This document shows, in pieces, positions 1-10,544 of a stretch of DNA of 64,000 nucleotides. The stretch spans positions 7,489,079 through 7,553,078 of the forward strand of contig OZ316898.1 in NCBI GenBank assembly GCA_973895155.1, read 5' to 3'. The stretch is from Marsupella aquatica (lineage: Eukaryota; Plantae; Marchantiophyta). Made by a program: the position numbers and the translations under genes. Under the pieces are notes generated by a model. The model searched no databases and was not told the DNA's origin. It saw nothing but the letters and a program-made list of their open reading frames with translations. The first letter of the stretch is position 1. Each line of letters starts with the position of its first letter.

Positions 1-206
1 TAGACGTGGGTGATTTAGCCTTAATTTATGATTCTCGTTTTATGTTGTTCCCTGGAAAGATGCATACTCATTGGCTAGGACCATATCGTGTTACCAACAT
101 ATGGAGTAATGGATCTGTAGCGTTGACTACCCTTGATGGTCATCCTTTAGATACTCGAATAAATGGCTTCCGTCTTAAACGCTATCATTCACCTGCCCCA
201 GACTAG
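1..206 (+). CDS. C-terminal end of Ty3/gypsy pol (integrase C-terminal SH3-like/GPY-F region), truncated by the window start
   Basis: GDLALIYDSRFMLFPGK..HWLGPYRVT.IWSNGSV.L.TLDG.....INGFRLKRY is the typical non-chromovirus (Athila/Tat-like) integrase tail. It is followed by a PPT and an LTR. Confidence 0.9.
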   Translation, partial: DVGDLALIYDSRFMLFPGKMHTHWLGPYRVTNIWSNGSVALTTLDGHPLDTRINGFRLKRYHSPAPD

Positions 207-230
207 GCTTGTGAGGGCACTGCGCCGTTT

Positions 231-240
231 GAAGGGGGGA
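231..240 (+). promoter_or_regulatory. Polypurine tract of the gypsy element
   Basis: GAAGGGGGGA lies 3 nt upstream of the TG that starts the LTR. Confidence 0.85.
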
Positions 241-243
241 TTA

Positions 244-1672
244 TGTGGTATACCCGTTAGCGATAATCTTCTAAATAGGAGACATTTTTAATTTTTTTGG
301 ATGGAAGTTAGAAACTTTGAGGTTGTAAGCAGGATAATTAGCCATAAAGAGCATTAAGTGAGTAGGGAAGAGGAACGGCCTTTACCAAGAAATGAGCGCT
401 TCAACCTGGTGACCGGTAGCAGTAAGAGCGCGAGAAAGAATGAGTACTGGCGGAGGAGCTATGCAGGTCGAGGAAGAAAACCGAAGGCTTAGGACAATTG
501 TTGAAGCTGTAATGTGACACCACTGATTGAAGACAGGGCGCTGCGAGTAAAACAGGGATAATTTTTGGGCAGAAGTGTCAACTCATAAGAGGCGCCCTCT
601 GTTAGTAGTTCTTAAGACAGCACTATTTACTTACTCAGAGCACCTTTAGTAAGTTTACTAAGTAGATGTTCACTATTGTTTTACCGACAGCGCTACTAGT
701 TGATTTTCCACCATAGTAAGAAGTCTCTTTTCTAGTTAGCAGCACTCAGTACTCTACTACTTTTCATACTAGTTAAAACTACAGTATGTAGTTTAGTTTA
801 GATCAGCCTTTCTAGATCTCATTTTAGTTACTTTTCTTTCTAGATTCTAGGGAACACTTTCTCTGCCCTGACTTTGATGATACTTAAGCCCTTGTTTTTC
901 CTCATTTCGGGTGAGAAGGACTAAATTGGAAGCCTGGCTGTAGATGCAAGACTCCCGGTCGCTCCCTTTGTTTGTGATCTATTCAGTTGTAGAGATTGCA
1001 AATGAAGTAAATGTTTGTGTTGAGGAATTTGTTTTGAAAGATTCCTCGATAAACAAGTGTATGTTCAACTTCTGGAAATCAAGATGAATTTTATGATTGA
1101 TTGCTTACAGTGATGAGAATCATTCAAAATTCAAAGATGAATGTTTATAGGAAAGTGTCAAATCTATCATTGAGGGACAAGAGTACCATTATTATGCCCT
1201 GGACTTTTGCATTAGTGTTTTGTCTATGCCATACCTGATGCCTAGCCAAACCGTGTTGCCATCATTTTAATGCAAAGCTCGGCAATTATAATCTGAAATT
1301 TACCTCGAAAATGGTAGAGATTATATCTTTCCTGTGATCTTCTCATGACAAGAGCGAGATTTTGAAGGAGAAGAATATAGGAGAATGGGTTGAGTAAGAC
1401 CCTAATCTTTGTTGAAGGAAGGGCAATGCCATTCATATTCCTTGAATTCTTCCTTATGTAAATCCACCTTCAATCATGATTCCAGAATTAGTTGTTACTG
1501 GTTGATTTTATTCTGTGTTTGATCGGTTGAAGATAGAGAAATTTGAGAGGTCAGCTTATATCTCTTCATTAACACTATTTCCTTCAATAGCTTCCACTTT
1601 GTTCTTTACGGGATCGACTTTGGGTTATCTTTGGCTTTAAACCTTGTGTTTTATTTATAGACCTATACCACA
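244..1672 (+). mobile_element. 3' LTR (1429 bp) of a Ty3/gypsy retrotransposon
   Basis: Begins TGTGGTATA (244) and ends TATACCACA (1672), a perfect 9-bp terminal inverted repeat, directly after the PPT. The next 5 bp (TCCAC) are the expected target-site duplication. Confidence 0.85.
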
Positions 1673-2503
1673 TCCACGGCCTGGTGTCCCCCCACGGCCT
1701 GGGGTCCCTCCACGGCCTGATCTCCCCCCACGGCCTGGATTGCATTGTCCAAACCTCCCTAGAGTCCCTGCACATTTACAGGATCCATTTACAGTCACTT
1801 ACATTAGGTAAGTATGAATCATAAATCCCGCTGCCAAATATACAGTGGACTTCAGAACAATTCTGCAATGACCAAGTTACCTCTCCCTTGGCGCATAGAT
1901 GGTTCTAGACCACCTGTCCTATTGCTTTGTCTTGATGAATTAGGGGCGTTTCTCCCGCCTGTGAATGATTGCCTCCTATCTGAACGTGGATGGCCTTTGT
2001 TGTTTTCGTGATTGTCCCAATCAGAGTCTGCATACCAACAGGTACATGCCACACTCATGGACCTGTAAGATAAACTCTTTGCCCTAGCTACACATCAGAT
2101 AAGTGCATATTGAGCTAAATCTCTACTACCATCACAAAATCACTAGCACAAGGCACTTACTTGTCCAATCATCCTCCTCACCTTTCCATTGCCCTCTGTA
2201 CCCGTCTCTACCACGCTCTGGGTGTTCATATTCATCCCATCCATCTTCTGCTCCATCATAGTCATCATCATAATTATCAGGCGTCCCTTGCCAATAACTC
2301 TGGCTCCTTCTAGGGTATGGATTATGTGATTTCTCTCTAGCTGCCCACCTACCTGGGACTTGATGAGGGCCCTGTGCATCTTGCACATGTGCATTTTTCT
2401 GTGAGCCCCCTGCATCTGGGTCTCCATCCATATCCAATCTTTCCTCTTCACCCCACTCTCCAAGCCCCATGTCTGTCTCCATGTCATCACCCTCTTCCCC
2501 CAT
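1673..2503 (-). CDS. Putative TnpA-like (second CACTA gene) 5' exons: acidic Gly/Asp-rich start and 18-bp RPW repeats, truncated by the LTR
   Basis: ORF 2132..2503 (MGEEGDDMETD...) has an acceptor TGTGCAG 5 nt before its ATG and GTAAG donors downstream. The 18-bp repeat CCACGGCCTG..CCC at 1673-1740 encodes RPWGEI/RPWRDP/RPWGDT. Exon phases are not fully resolved. Confidence 0.45.
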
Positions 2504-2680
2504 AGCTTCTGCACAGCACCCACAACCAAACAGGGAGAATCAACACACTAAATTCAAAGTATCAATCAATTTCATGCATATCCAACTATCCTAAACATCA
2601 TTCCAGGCAGCAATTCCCGTTCTATGACTCTGTGCAGGTAGTCATCCTCAACCTCATACTTGCCAATCGCCAGCTGTTGC

Positions 2681-5600
2681 CTATTGCAAATCATCAACCT
2701 CATCATATTCCATTTGCCCAGGTTCATCATATGTCTCTCTCAATGTTAAGGGGATGTAGTCAGTCCCTGCCCGAGTTGGAAGTACAGTCTCATGACTAGG
2801 ATGCTCGAATGCAGCATGGTCATCCAAACTGAACTCTACTTTACTTCCATCCATCCGCCTGTTCCGTGCTTGGCTATGGCATACCACCCTCCAGCCATGT
2901 GACTCCTCCACATCTGCAAAGAAAGCCTGTTCAACTTGGCTAGGGAAAACAAAAGGCTCAGACCATTCTGGTACTCTGGACCTAAAATTGGCCAACAAGA
3001 ACCCATCATGATCACGCTTCATGGTGGACCTTGGTCTCTGCCACTCTGATTTCACCCATGATCCCTTCATCAATATCACTGGGACACTTGTGTTACCATA
3101 ATTCAACACCCAAATGTCGGTCAACTCCCCCACGTAACCCATCTTCATCCACCCCCTCTGTTCTTCAGAGGTTCTCTGCTCAAACACAGAAATCAAACCA
3201 CAATCATATGATACACAATGGTCACCCTGCTCATCCCTCACTCGATAATGATTTCCATAAGCTCTCATCCGTTTGTAGGTCAGAATAGACAATCGTGGTG
3301 GCACAGATAGAAGATACAAATCCTTCTCCATATCTGGGTGATGTCTACTATGCTCTCGAATTGTCACCCGAATCCACTGCTCGAACTGTGGGAAGGGATC
3401 CTGCTGCCCAGAGTGTGCAGCTTTTTGCATATCATATTCCCTGCAATATGAGGTACAGGCATAGTTAGGTCTAAACAACACATGACAACCTAAGATCACC
3501 CTTGGAACAGACAAGAAGCATCACAACAAAGGCAAGTCAATTCAATCACTCACCTCCACCATGGTTGCATAGGCTCTGTGTTTGCCAGCACATATGAATG
3601 AGCCTTGTCTCGAATCGCAATAGGCAGCTGAACAGCACGTCCCACACCTTCAACAACCTCGCCACTCACTCCATCATCTTCACCAGATTTCCAAACTCTT
3701 GTCATAGCTTCACCAGACCCAGCCATGTACTCTGTTAGGAATCCCAACGTCTCATCCTTAATGTACCCCAATGCCATGGAAGCCTCTGGCCTGTAGTATG
3801 TTCTCACATGACCTTTCAACAACTTCATGTATCGCTCCATAGGGTACATCCATCTGGTACTGACTGGCCCATACTGCCCTAGCTCTTCTACCACATGGAT
3901 TAGGAGATGAGTCATAACATCAAAGAAAGCAGGGGGAAGTATATCTCCAAGTCACAGAGGACATAAGCAGCATCCTGCTTCAACTGCTCCAATCCTTGGG
4001 GATCCCACACTTTCACACATATACGGCGAAATACATTGCACAGTCGAAGAATGACATTACAGACTGGTTTCTGCATGAGACCTCTGAGGCATAGGGGCAG
4101 AATGTGCTGCATCAACACATGGTAGTCATGTGTTTTCATACTGCCAAGTTTATTCTTTGTAATATGCTTCTTGAAGGCACCAGCATAGCCAGAGGGCACT
4201 TTCAGACAGCTCAATCTATACAAGAATGTCTTCCATTCATCCTGTGTGCACACATAGGGAGCTTGGAACTTGAGAAGTACATTGGGATTGCTTGCATGGG
4301 GCTTCAACCAAAGGTGAGGGCGAATCCCCTTCTGTTGCATATCAGCTCGAACTGCTCCTGTATCTTTCTCACCCGACAAGAACTTCAGCAAGCTCTCACA
4401 AATATTTTTCTCAATGTGCATGACGTCCACATTGTGTTTGCTGGGCTCGAATTCCTGCACTCCACAAAGCAAAGAATTCAACAACAGAAACACTAATTAA
4501 CCACATAGGAGGATTGTAACCAACATCAATCCACCATTGCTCCAATCTAAAATTGCAATCATACAGGGGCTGGAGGCTAAGTACATTACCCTCCAGTACT
4601 CCAACTCCAAGTCCATCAAGGTCTGTCTTTTCACACCGTGTTTCACCACTGGATCCTCAGGTTCTCGATCAGTGGCACTTCTCTTGTCCCAATCAGCCTT
4701 CCTGGCTGCCCACCTCAGGACTTGCTCTCTGGTGACCCTCTGTGGTGGGCCACGAAGCTTTGTTTTGTTGTTGAAGTGTGCAATTTGAGACCGTGTGTGC
4801 CTGTAAGGATGATCAACAGGCAGATACCTTCTATGCCCCTGAAATTTCATACTGTGCAGGGCATGTGACCACTCACTTGTCACATTTTTCCCACATGGTG
4901 TGCACCCCACATAGCCCTTTGTCACTCGTCCAGATATGATGCCATGGCCTGGGTAATCTGCTATATCCAGCAAACAAATTGCATGCAGTCTAAAGGGGCT
5001 GGGTCGAAGAAGCCCCTTCAGAACATCATGGGTTAACACCCCTTCTATCCACAAAGTCTTCCACTCTTCCACTGCTGGAGCCAACATGATATCTATGAAT
5101 TGCTCGGTCACAGAAGCTGGTCCAGGGATTAACAGCACCATCATGACAAAAAACCTCTTTGTAGTCATCCATGGGGGAAGGTTGTAATTTAGCAGCATAA
5201 CCGGCCAACATGAATAACGGTTGTTTTTGTCTCCAAATGGGTTTACTCCATCCAGTGATAGACCAAATCTAAAGTTCCGCTTCTCTGCAGCAAACTGTGG
5301 CCACCTCTCATCAACAAATTTCCAATGGTTGGAATCTCCAATGTGACGCTGCAGGCCATCACTGCTCTTGTTATCAGGAGTCCATGTCATCAGCTTGGAA
5401 ATGGCAGGGCATCTAAACAGACGTTGTAGTCTAGGAATGAGAGGAAAATGACGAAGAACCTTGGCAGGGTGTGTACATTTCCCTACATTCTTGTACCTGT
5501 GCTTACCACAATGAGGGCATGTCAATTTATCTGCATGCTCTTTGCGAAAGAGAACACACCCATCAGGGCATGCGTCAATAGACACATAGTTCAGCCCAAG

Positions 5601-6380
5601 GTTAGACATCAATTTCCTAGCCTCGTACATATTTTTTGGAATTGAATTACCATCTGGTAACACATTTCGGCGCAGGAAGGTCAACAACTCTGTCACAAAT
5701 ATATTGGGAACATTGTGATTGCCACAGATGTTCAACAACAACACGACAAAACCCAGCTTGGAGCAGTTCGACCCCTCGTAGATAGGAATGCAAGCTTCTT
5801 TGATGTGTTTTGGGCCCCCAAACACCCACTCCCTCTCTGCTGCACCTTCCCCAATGTCAAAGTCAGGTTCAGCTTGGCCGTCGCCAATGTGTGGCTGCGG
5901 TTCATTGTCCTCTTCTGATTCCACTGTGTCGTAAAAAGCATCAAGGTCTTCAAAAATCTCTTGAACCATTCTTGGGACATCCATCCCACCGTCCTCAGTG
6001 ACTGCCTCTCCATCTCCATCTTGGTCATCCACGTTCTCATGTTGGACCCCAGGACCATCCTCTGCACAGTCTATGTCCTGCTCTACGTAGTCTCTACGCC
6101 TAGCTGTATTAGAATCCACAAAGTCAGCTCTCCACTCTTCATCAGAGGAGTCTTCTTCTGCTGGTACATTCCAAACCCTCCACCGAGGGTGCCTTTCATG
6201 CCGCAGCAGGTGAAGGTGCACAGTGTTCAAACTCAACGACTTGAATCCTTGGCACTGTGTGCATGGGCATCTCATCCTCCTACTCCTACCTTGGGCGGCC
6301 CGGGCTTGTTCACGCATCCACAATTTAGAATCATGATGCCTAATCCTAAATGGGTTGTGAAGAGGCAACCTTGGAGCCAT
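2681..6380 (-). CDS. CACTA TnpD/TNP2 transposase (Transpos_assoc, Transposase_21, DUF4218, DUF4216); exons about 6380-4590, 4454-3554, 3440-2681; one 1-bp frameshift at about 3934
   Basis: Motifs CPCTQC, IDACPDGCVLFR, LRHFPLIPRLQRLF, GLSLDGVNPFG..NNRYSCWPV..NYNLPPW, DVMHIEKN, KTHDYHVLMQ, HVVEEL..YGPV..RWMYPMERYMK.LK, PFVFPSQVEQAFF. GT-AG introns at 4589-4455 and 3553-3441 join in frame. One extra G in the 3932-3936 run restores FPPAFFDVMTHL. Confidence 0.95.
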
Positions 6381-6706
6381 CACTATACACACGCACTTAG
6401 CACCCTGTCATTTTATTATGCAAGTGAAAAATACACTTCCTGTTAAGGATTTCACCCCCGACTGTACTTGCCAAAATACGTAACGTTCCAAAAAAACAAA
6501 AAAACAAAAAATATAGGTGCCTGAGTCATGTACCTATTCTCAAGTGAATGAGACAAAATTCCTAAATGTTTGAGGGTGTCAACTCCTCCGCTGTCCTCAC
6601 ATGTACTGCCTCTGCACGTACATCCATGACCATATCAGAGTCCAATCATGTATAGTCATAGACACAGGTGCCAGGTGCGAGACCGGTGTGAGATGTCCTC
6701 ATCTTA

Positions 6707-7240
6707 CTACCACATCAAATACGGATACCAATCCTGTTGTCGATGCCACTCAGCCTTGAGGTACTCAGGCATGTACATTAAGTCATCAAGGTCTAAACCC
6801 TGCTCATGCCATGGTGGTCTTCGATCCGTGCCTACAAGCAGTGGCAGCAGTGCCCTCCATGGTGCACATGTTGCTACCAAGTCCCTCCACTGGGTACTAA
6901 TTAGTCTATATTTGCAGATATCTTGTGCGCCAGACACCACAAGAACCCTCGACCAGACATGTGTAAGAACTATATCATCTACCAAATCAGGCAACAAGGA
7001 ACCACCTACAGCATCGTGCTTGTCTAACTCATCTGCTGAAAAGTAAATGTCCTCTTCCGACTGTGCATCCTCATTCACCACAGCATTCACAACACATCCA
7101 AGGTCTGCAGGCATTATCTCGGATGGAGCTACACTCTGTCTGGTTACCAATCCACACAAGTAAGCCCAAGCAGTAGCCATGCACGATGCAACCCGTAGGA
7201 GGACCCTACATAGGGCCTGACGGTCTGGAAGAGGCAGCAT
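6707..7240 (-). CDS. F-box-like protein (CACTA cargo ORF)
   Basis: SLLPDLVDDIVLTHVWSRV........ICKYRLISTQWRDLV matches the plant F-box pattern LLP.LPDDI....L.RV...LRLVS+.WR.LV. No substrate-binding repeats follow. First in-frame ATG is at 7240. Confidence 0.55.
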   Translation of the reverse strand: MLPLPDRQALCRVLLRVASCMATAWAYLCGLVTRQSVAPSEIMPADLGCVVNAVVNEDAQSEEDIYFSADELDKHDAVGGSLLPDLVDDIVLTHVWSRVLVVSGAQDICKYRLISTQWRDLVATCAPWRALLPLLVGTDRRPPWHEQGLDLDDLMYMPEYLKAEWHRQQDWYPYLMW

Positions 7241-7416
7241 ACCCACCAAAGTCTTTAGCCAAACAGAGCCCAGCAAGTAGATTCACAGTCATACCCCACG
7301 CAGCAGGAAACAACAATCACTTCAACTGCGACCAACCATGACAAGATGAGTTAGTTCAAGGATCACATTTATTACAAAATTGTGATTTATACAAAAATAT
7401 GAGGGACTCCTACTCC

Positions 7417-8265
7417 TCACTCTCTCCCACCTTTGCTAAGCATACATCTCCGCTGAATCTTGGAGGGCCAGGCCTCAAAAATATCAAAGTCCCAAGCATT
7501 CTGTCGCTTCCCTCTAGCTGCTGATTCCAGAAGCCAATCAGGGGAAAGCACCCAAAGATTGTTGTTCATGACAAAATCACGCATTGTTGTCTTAAAGAAT
7601 TTTCTGCATATTTTCATGTATGACAGACCTACAACATGAGTGGAGGTTTCTGTTAGACTCTCCTCCACTGTCCCACCTAGCTCAACAACTATAGACTTGT
7701 ACAATCTGCACTTAGTCTCCCCAATTCCTTCTTCTGCAAATACCACACTGAACCCCTTCATAATGGTATTTCTCTCCTTGCCATGCTCATTCAATATAGC
7801 ATCTGCACGCATAGGATGGTGTCCTATGTTGACAACAGGTCCATATTGGACAGAAGCAAAGTTGGGTTTCTCTGCCGCTGCTTCATAGGCTTCCTTTTCA
7901 GCCAAAGCCTCTGCAGTGGCCTCCTCACTCTCCCACAACTCATATTGCTCAGTACTCTGTACACACCTATGTTTAAGAGAATCGGTCAGCCAAGAGACTT
8001 CAACTACTTTTAGACCTTGGTTGGTAATGGCAGAATCAATGAAGGACCATGACCAGTTGTTCATCACATCCAGCCATGTCCCCGCAACAACATGTGTAGT
8101 CTGTGGAGTGATGTCCTTGACTTCAGTCCCATGGAACTCTGAGAATCGTTTTTGTACGATTGGCCAACTCACTTGGGTGAACCCATAGTGGCCAGGAATC
8201 AAAATGGCTTTGATTCCAGCCAACAGAGGTGGGTGGTCAACCTTTGTACGTTTCCTAGAGGCCAT
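7417..8265 (-). CDS. Tandem BRCT-domain protein (CACTA cargo ORF), intronless, with an NLS-like N-terminus
   Basis: Two repeats carry BRCT hallmarks: HGTEVKDITPQTTHVVAG...LKVVEVSWLTDSLK and ELGGTVEESLTETSTHVVG...LWVLSPDWLLESA. Starts MASRKRTK. Confidence 0.85.
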   Translation of the reverse strand: MASRKRTKVDHPPLLAGIKAILIPGHYGFTQVSWPIVQKRFSEFHGTEVKDITPQTTHVVAGTWLDVMNNWSWSFIDSAITNQGLKVVEVSWLTDSLKHRCVQSTEQYELWESEEATAEALAEKEAYEAAAEKPNFASVQYGPVVNIGHHPMRADAILNEHGKERNTIMKGFSVVFAEEGIGETKCRLYKSIVVELGGTVEESLTETSTHVVGLSYMKICRKFFKTTMRDFVMNNNLWVLSPDWLLESAARGKRQNAWDFDIFEAWPSKIQRRCMLSKGGRE

Positions 8266-8863
8266 GTACACACGGGCCACCTAATCACTGCAGACCGGAA
8301 GATAATGCGTTCACCTGATAATCGGAGGGCCCTTAAAATGCTGCGTTTATAACTTGGTCCAGTCCAGTCGTCTGGTGAGTCTCTGCTCCGATTCCAAACG
8401 GGAGAAATATTGGGACAAACGTACTAGACACCTGCAAGCATGCACGTCATAGTTTGAATATGTGCCTTGACAATATTGAAGGTGACAAGTGCAATTGTTT
8501 TGTGATGCCACATACAGATGTTGTAAATGGGCAGACATTCAATGAGAATAGAAAATGTTGGTACACTTTAAGGGAATTCTCGCAAATTAAATAGCCTTGT
8601 AACTTATATGCTCATAATGAGAAGTCCTGATTTAATTTAAGCAGTGTCATGTAAGTCGTGATCAAAATGATTGCAGAGTTAAAAAAGTTCCTAGAAGGCT
8701 TAAGGGGAGTTTTTGAAGGCATGTACCCAGGAACAAGTAATGAACTTAGGGTACTTGTTGCCTAAGCATCCTCTCCTACAGAGGTCCTTCTTCTCAAAAT
8801 TGGAATGTCTGCAATCTCCAAGGTATCCACATCAGGTGCACTATGCATGTACATTATTCAGGT

Positions 8864-9544
8864 TCAAAGCCAAGAAATGTGATCTCTCATGGGAGTGTGC
8901 AAAGTAGGATCTATGGCATGGCGATGACAATAGAAGATCCATCGATCAACACCATGTGCAGAGTGATGATAGATGTGTCTGTCACAAGCATAGCCTTCTG
9001 CTTGACGCTCCTTCAAACAATGAAAGTGCCACATGGTGGGACACCTAACACAGTGGACTATGTCCACCCAGAAATCTTCATCGTGCTGACCACATGCCTT
9101 GCACTTATGAAGTGGGCAAGCTGTGGCAAGATCGGGCAAACATGAAAAACAAAAGAACCTCACACAATATCTGTCAGGGCATTTCCTAACAAGTGGTGGA
9201 GCATCAATAGAGCCCTCATAAGACCCCAACTTCCCACACTGTGCACACTTAGCCTGCTTCTCCAAACAATCAGTGCACATCCAGCCTCCCTGGTGTGCTG
9301 ACGGGAGGCCCACCCCTGGACAGTTGTTTTCTGCAGCAAGGTCAGACTCCGGGTTGAGGTGGAAATGCCTCATGCAAGGGCCCTCACATATGGCTAAGCC
9401 ACCACCATCGTCACAAATGGCACAACAATGAGCTGCCTTCTGGAAAATCTGACTTGCGGAGAAGTTACTACCATCTGGCCCAACTACACCTGTGTTGCTC
9501 ACCTCTGTCCCCCGCTTCTTGGCTCGGATTTTAGGGCATGCCAT
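8864..9544 (-). CDS. EDM2-like composite PHD-finger protein (CACTA cargo ORF), intronless
   Basis: CAICDDGGGLAICEGPCMRHFH...WMCTDC; CAQCGKLGS...CPDRYC..FFC..C...CPLHKCKAC; CVRCP..WH..CL...IFYC.RH.ID..L.TP.RDHI. This is the Cys/His order and C-terminal signature I recall for the EDM2 PHD cluster. Confidence 0.85.
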   Translation of the reverse strand: MACPKIRAKKRGTEVSNTGVVGPDGSNFSASQIFQKAAHCCAICDDGGGLAICEGPCMRHFHLNPESDLAAENNCPGVGLPSAHQGGWMCTDCLEKQAKCAQCGKLGSYEGSIDAPPLVRKCPDRYCVRFFCFSCLPDLATACPLHKCKACGQHDEDFWVDIVHCVRCPTMWHFHCLKERQAEGYACDRHIYHHSAHGVDRWIFYCHRHAIDPTLHTPMRDHISWL

Positions 9545-10544
9545 GCCTACGCCTGAGACAGATAGTACAATTTAGTAGAGTGCACAGACAATACAATTTA
9601 GTGCAGTGTACAAAAAGTACAGTGTAGCATATAGACTAGAGTGGCAATTGCTACTGCAATGAAATGTTCACACACATGTGCAGAGTAGACATACTTTTTG
9701 GTTTGTTGAGCCCACACTAAAAACTGATCCCCTCGTACAATAGCTCCACCTACACCTCAATTTTGTGGCTATGATTCACCAAAGGAGATCTGCAACAAGA
9801 TTTAATGCATTTGAATCACATATAACAGTCGTGACATGTAAAACAGGCATTTTTTGAACAGGATTGGTATCAAGCAGTGTGATCAGGGTTGTAATTTATA
9901 CATCCTAAATAGGCTATGATAGTGAATGAGACAAATAAGTTAGGCATAAATCACTTTTTCCAGGTTATCACATGGCCCATTAATTCCAGTCTTTGAAAGG
10001 AGACTTTTAAGTGAGCTTGCTAGCCTCTTAAATTAGGATATTGTACTTAGTGCAGCCATAATAGGATAAGTTATGTACTGTTGACCGTAAACCCTGGACC
10101 CAAAATTGCTCATAATTCAAAATCTTAAGTAAATATCCTCTCTGTTCAAGTCAAAGTGTTAAGTTATAGGTCAATGGTCTCTGGTCTGTGCATGCGGTGT
10201 GACAAGTGGTCTTCTACAGCGTGTGATCCAAACATGTGTAGACACCAAAGTGACCGGTGGTGGGGTCTGGGAGGGCAGGACAAGTGACATCGCCAGGCAC
10301 ACTGCAGGATGGCGAGTGGTTCCAGATGATACATTGTGCTCTGTGAAAAAACTGACATCCAAGAGAACGATCATCCAACTCTAGGCCAGAAGCCCTACAG
10401 GCAGGACAGTCATACTGGCAACTGTGCACACACCCTTGGGCCCTAATTTGTGGCGGGTCATGTACGAGAGACAAAAATACCAAGGATGTTGGGAAGGGTG
10501 GAGAAGTAGGTACAGGGCGGCTGTAGTTATTCCTGGCAACAACT

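Noticed and set aside
4104-6446. Multiple plus-strand ORFs overlapping the transposase
   Set aside because: Antisense shadows of TnpD.
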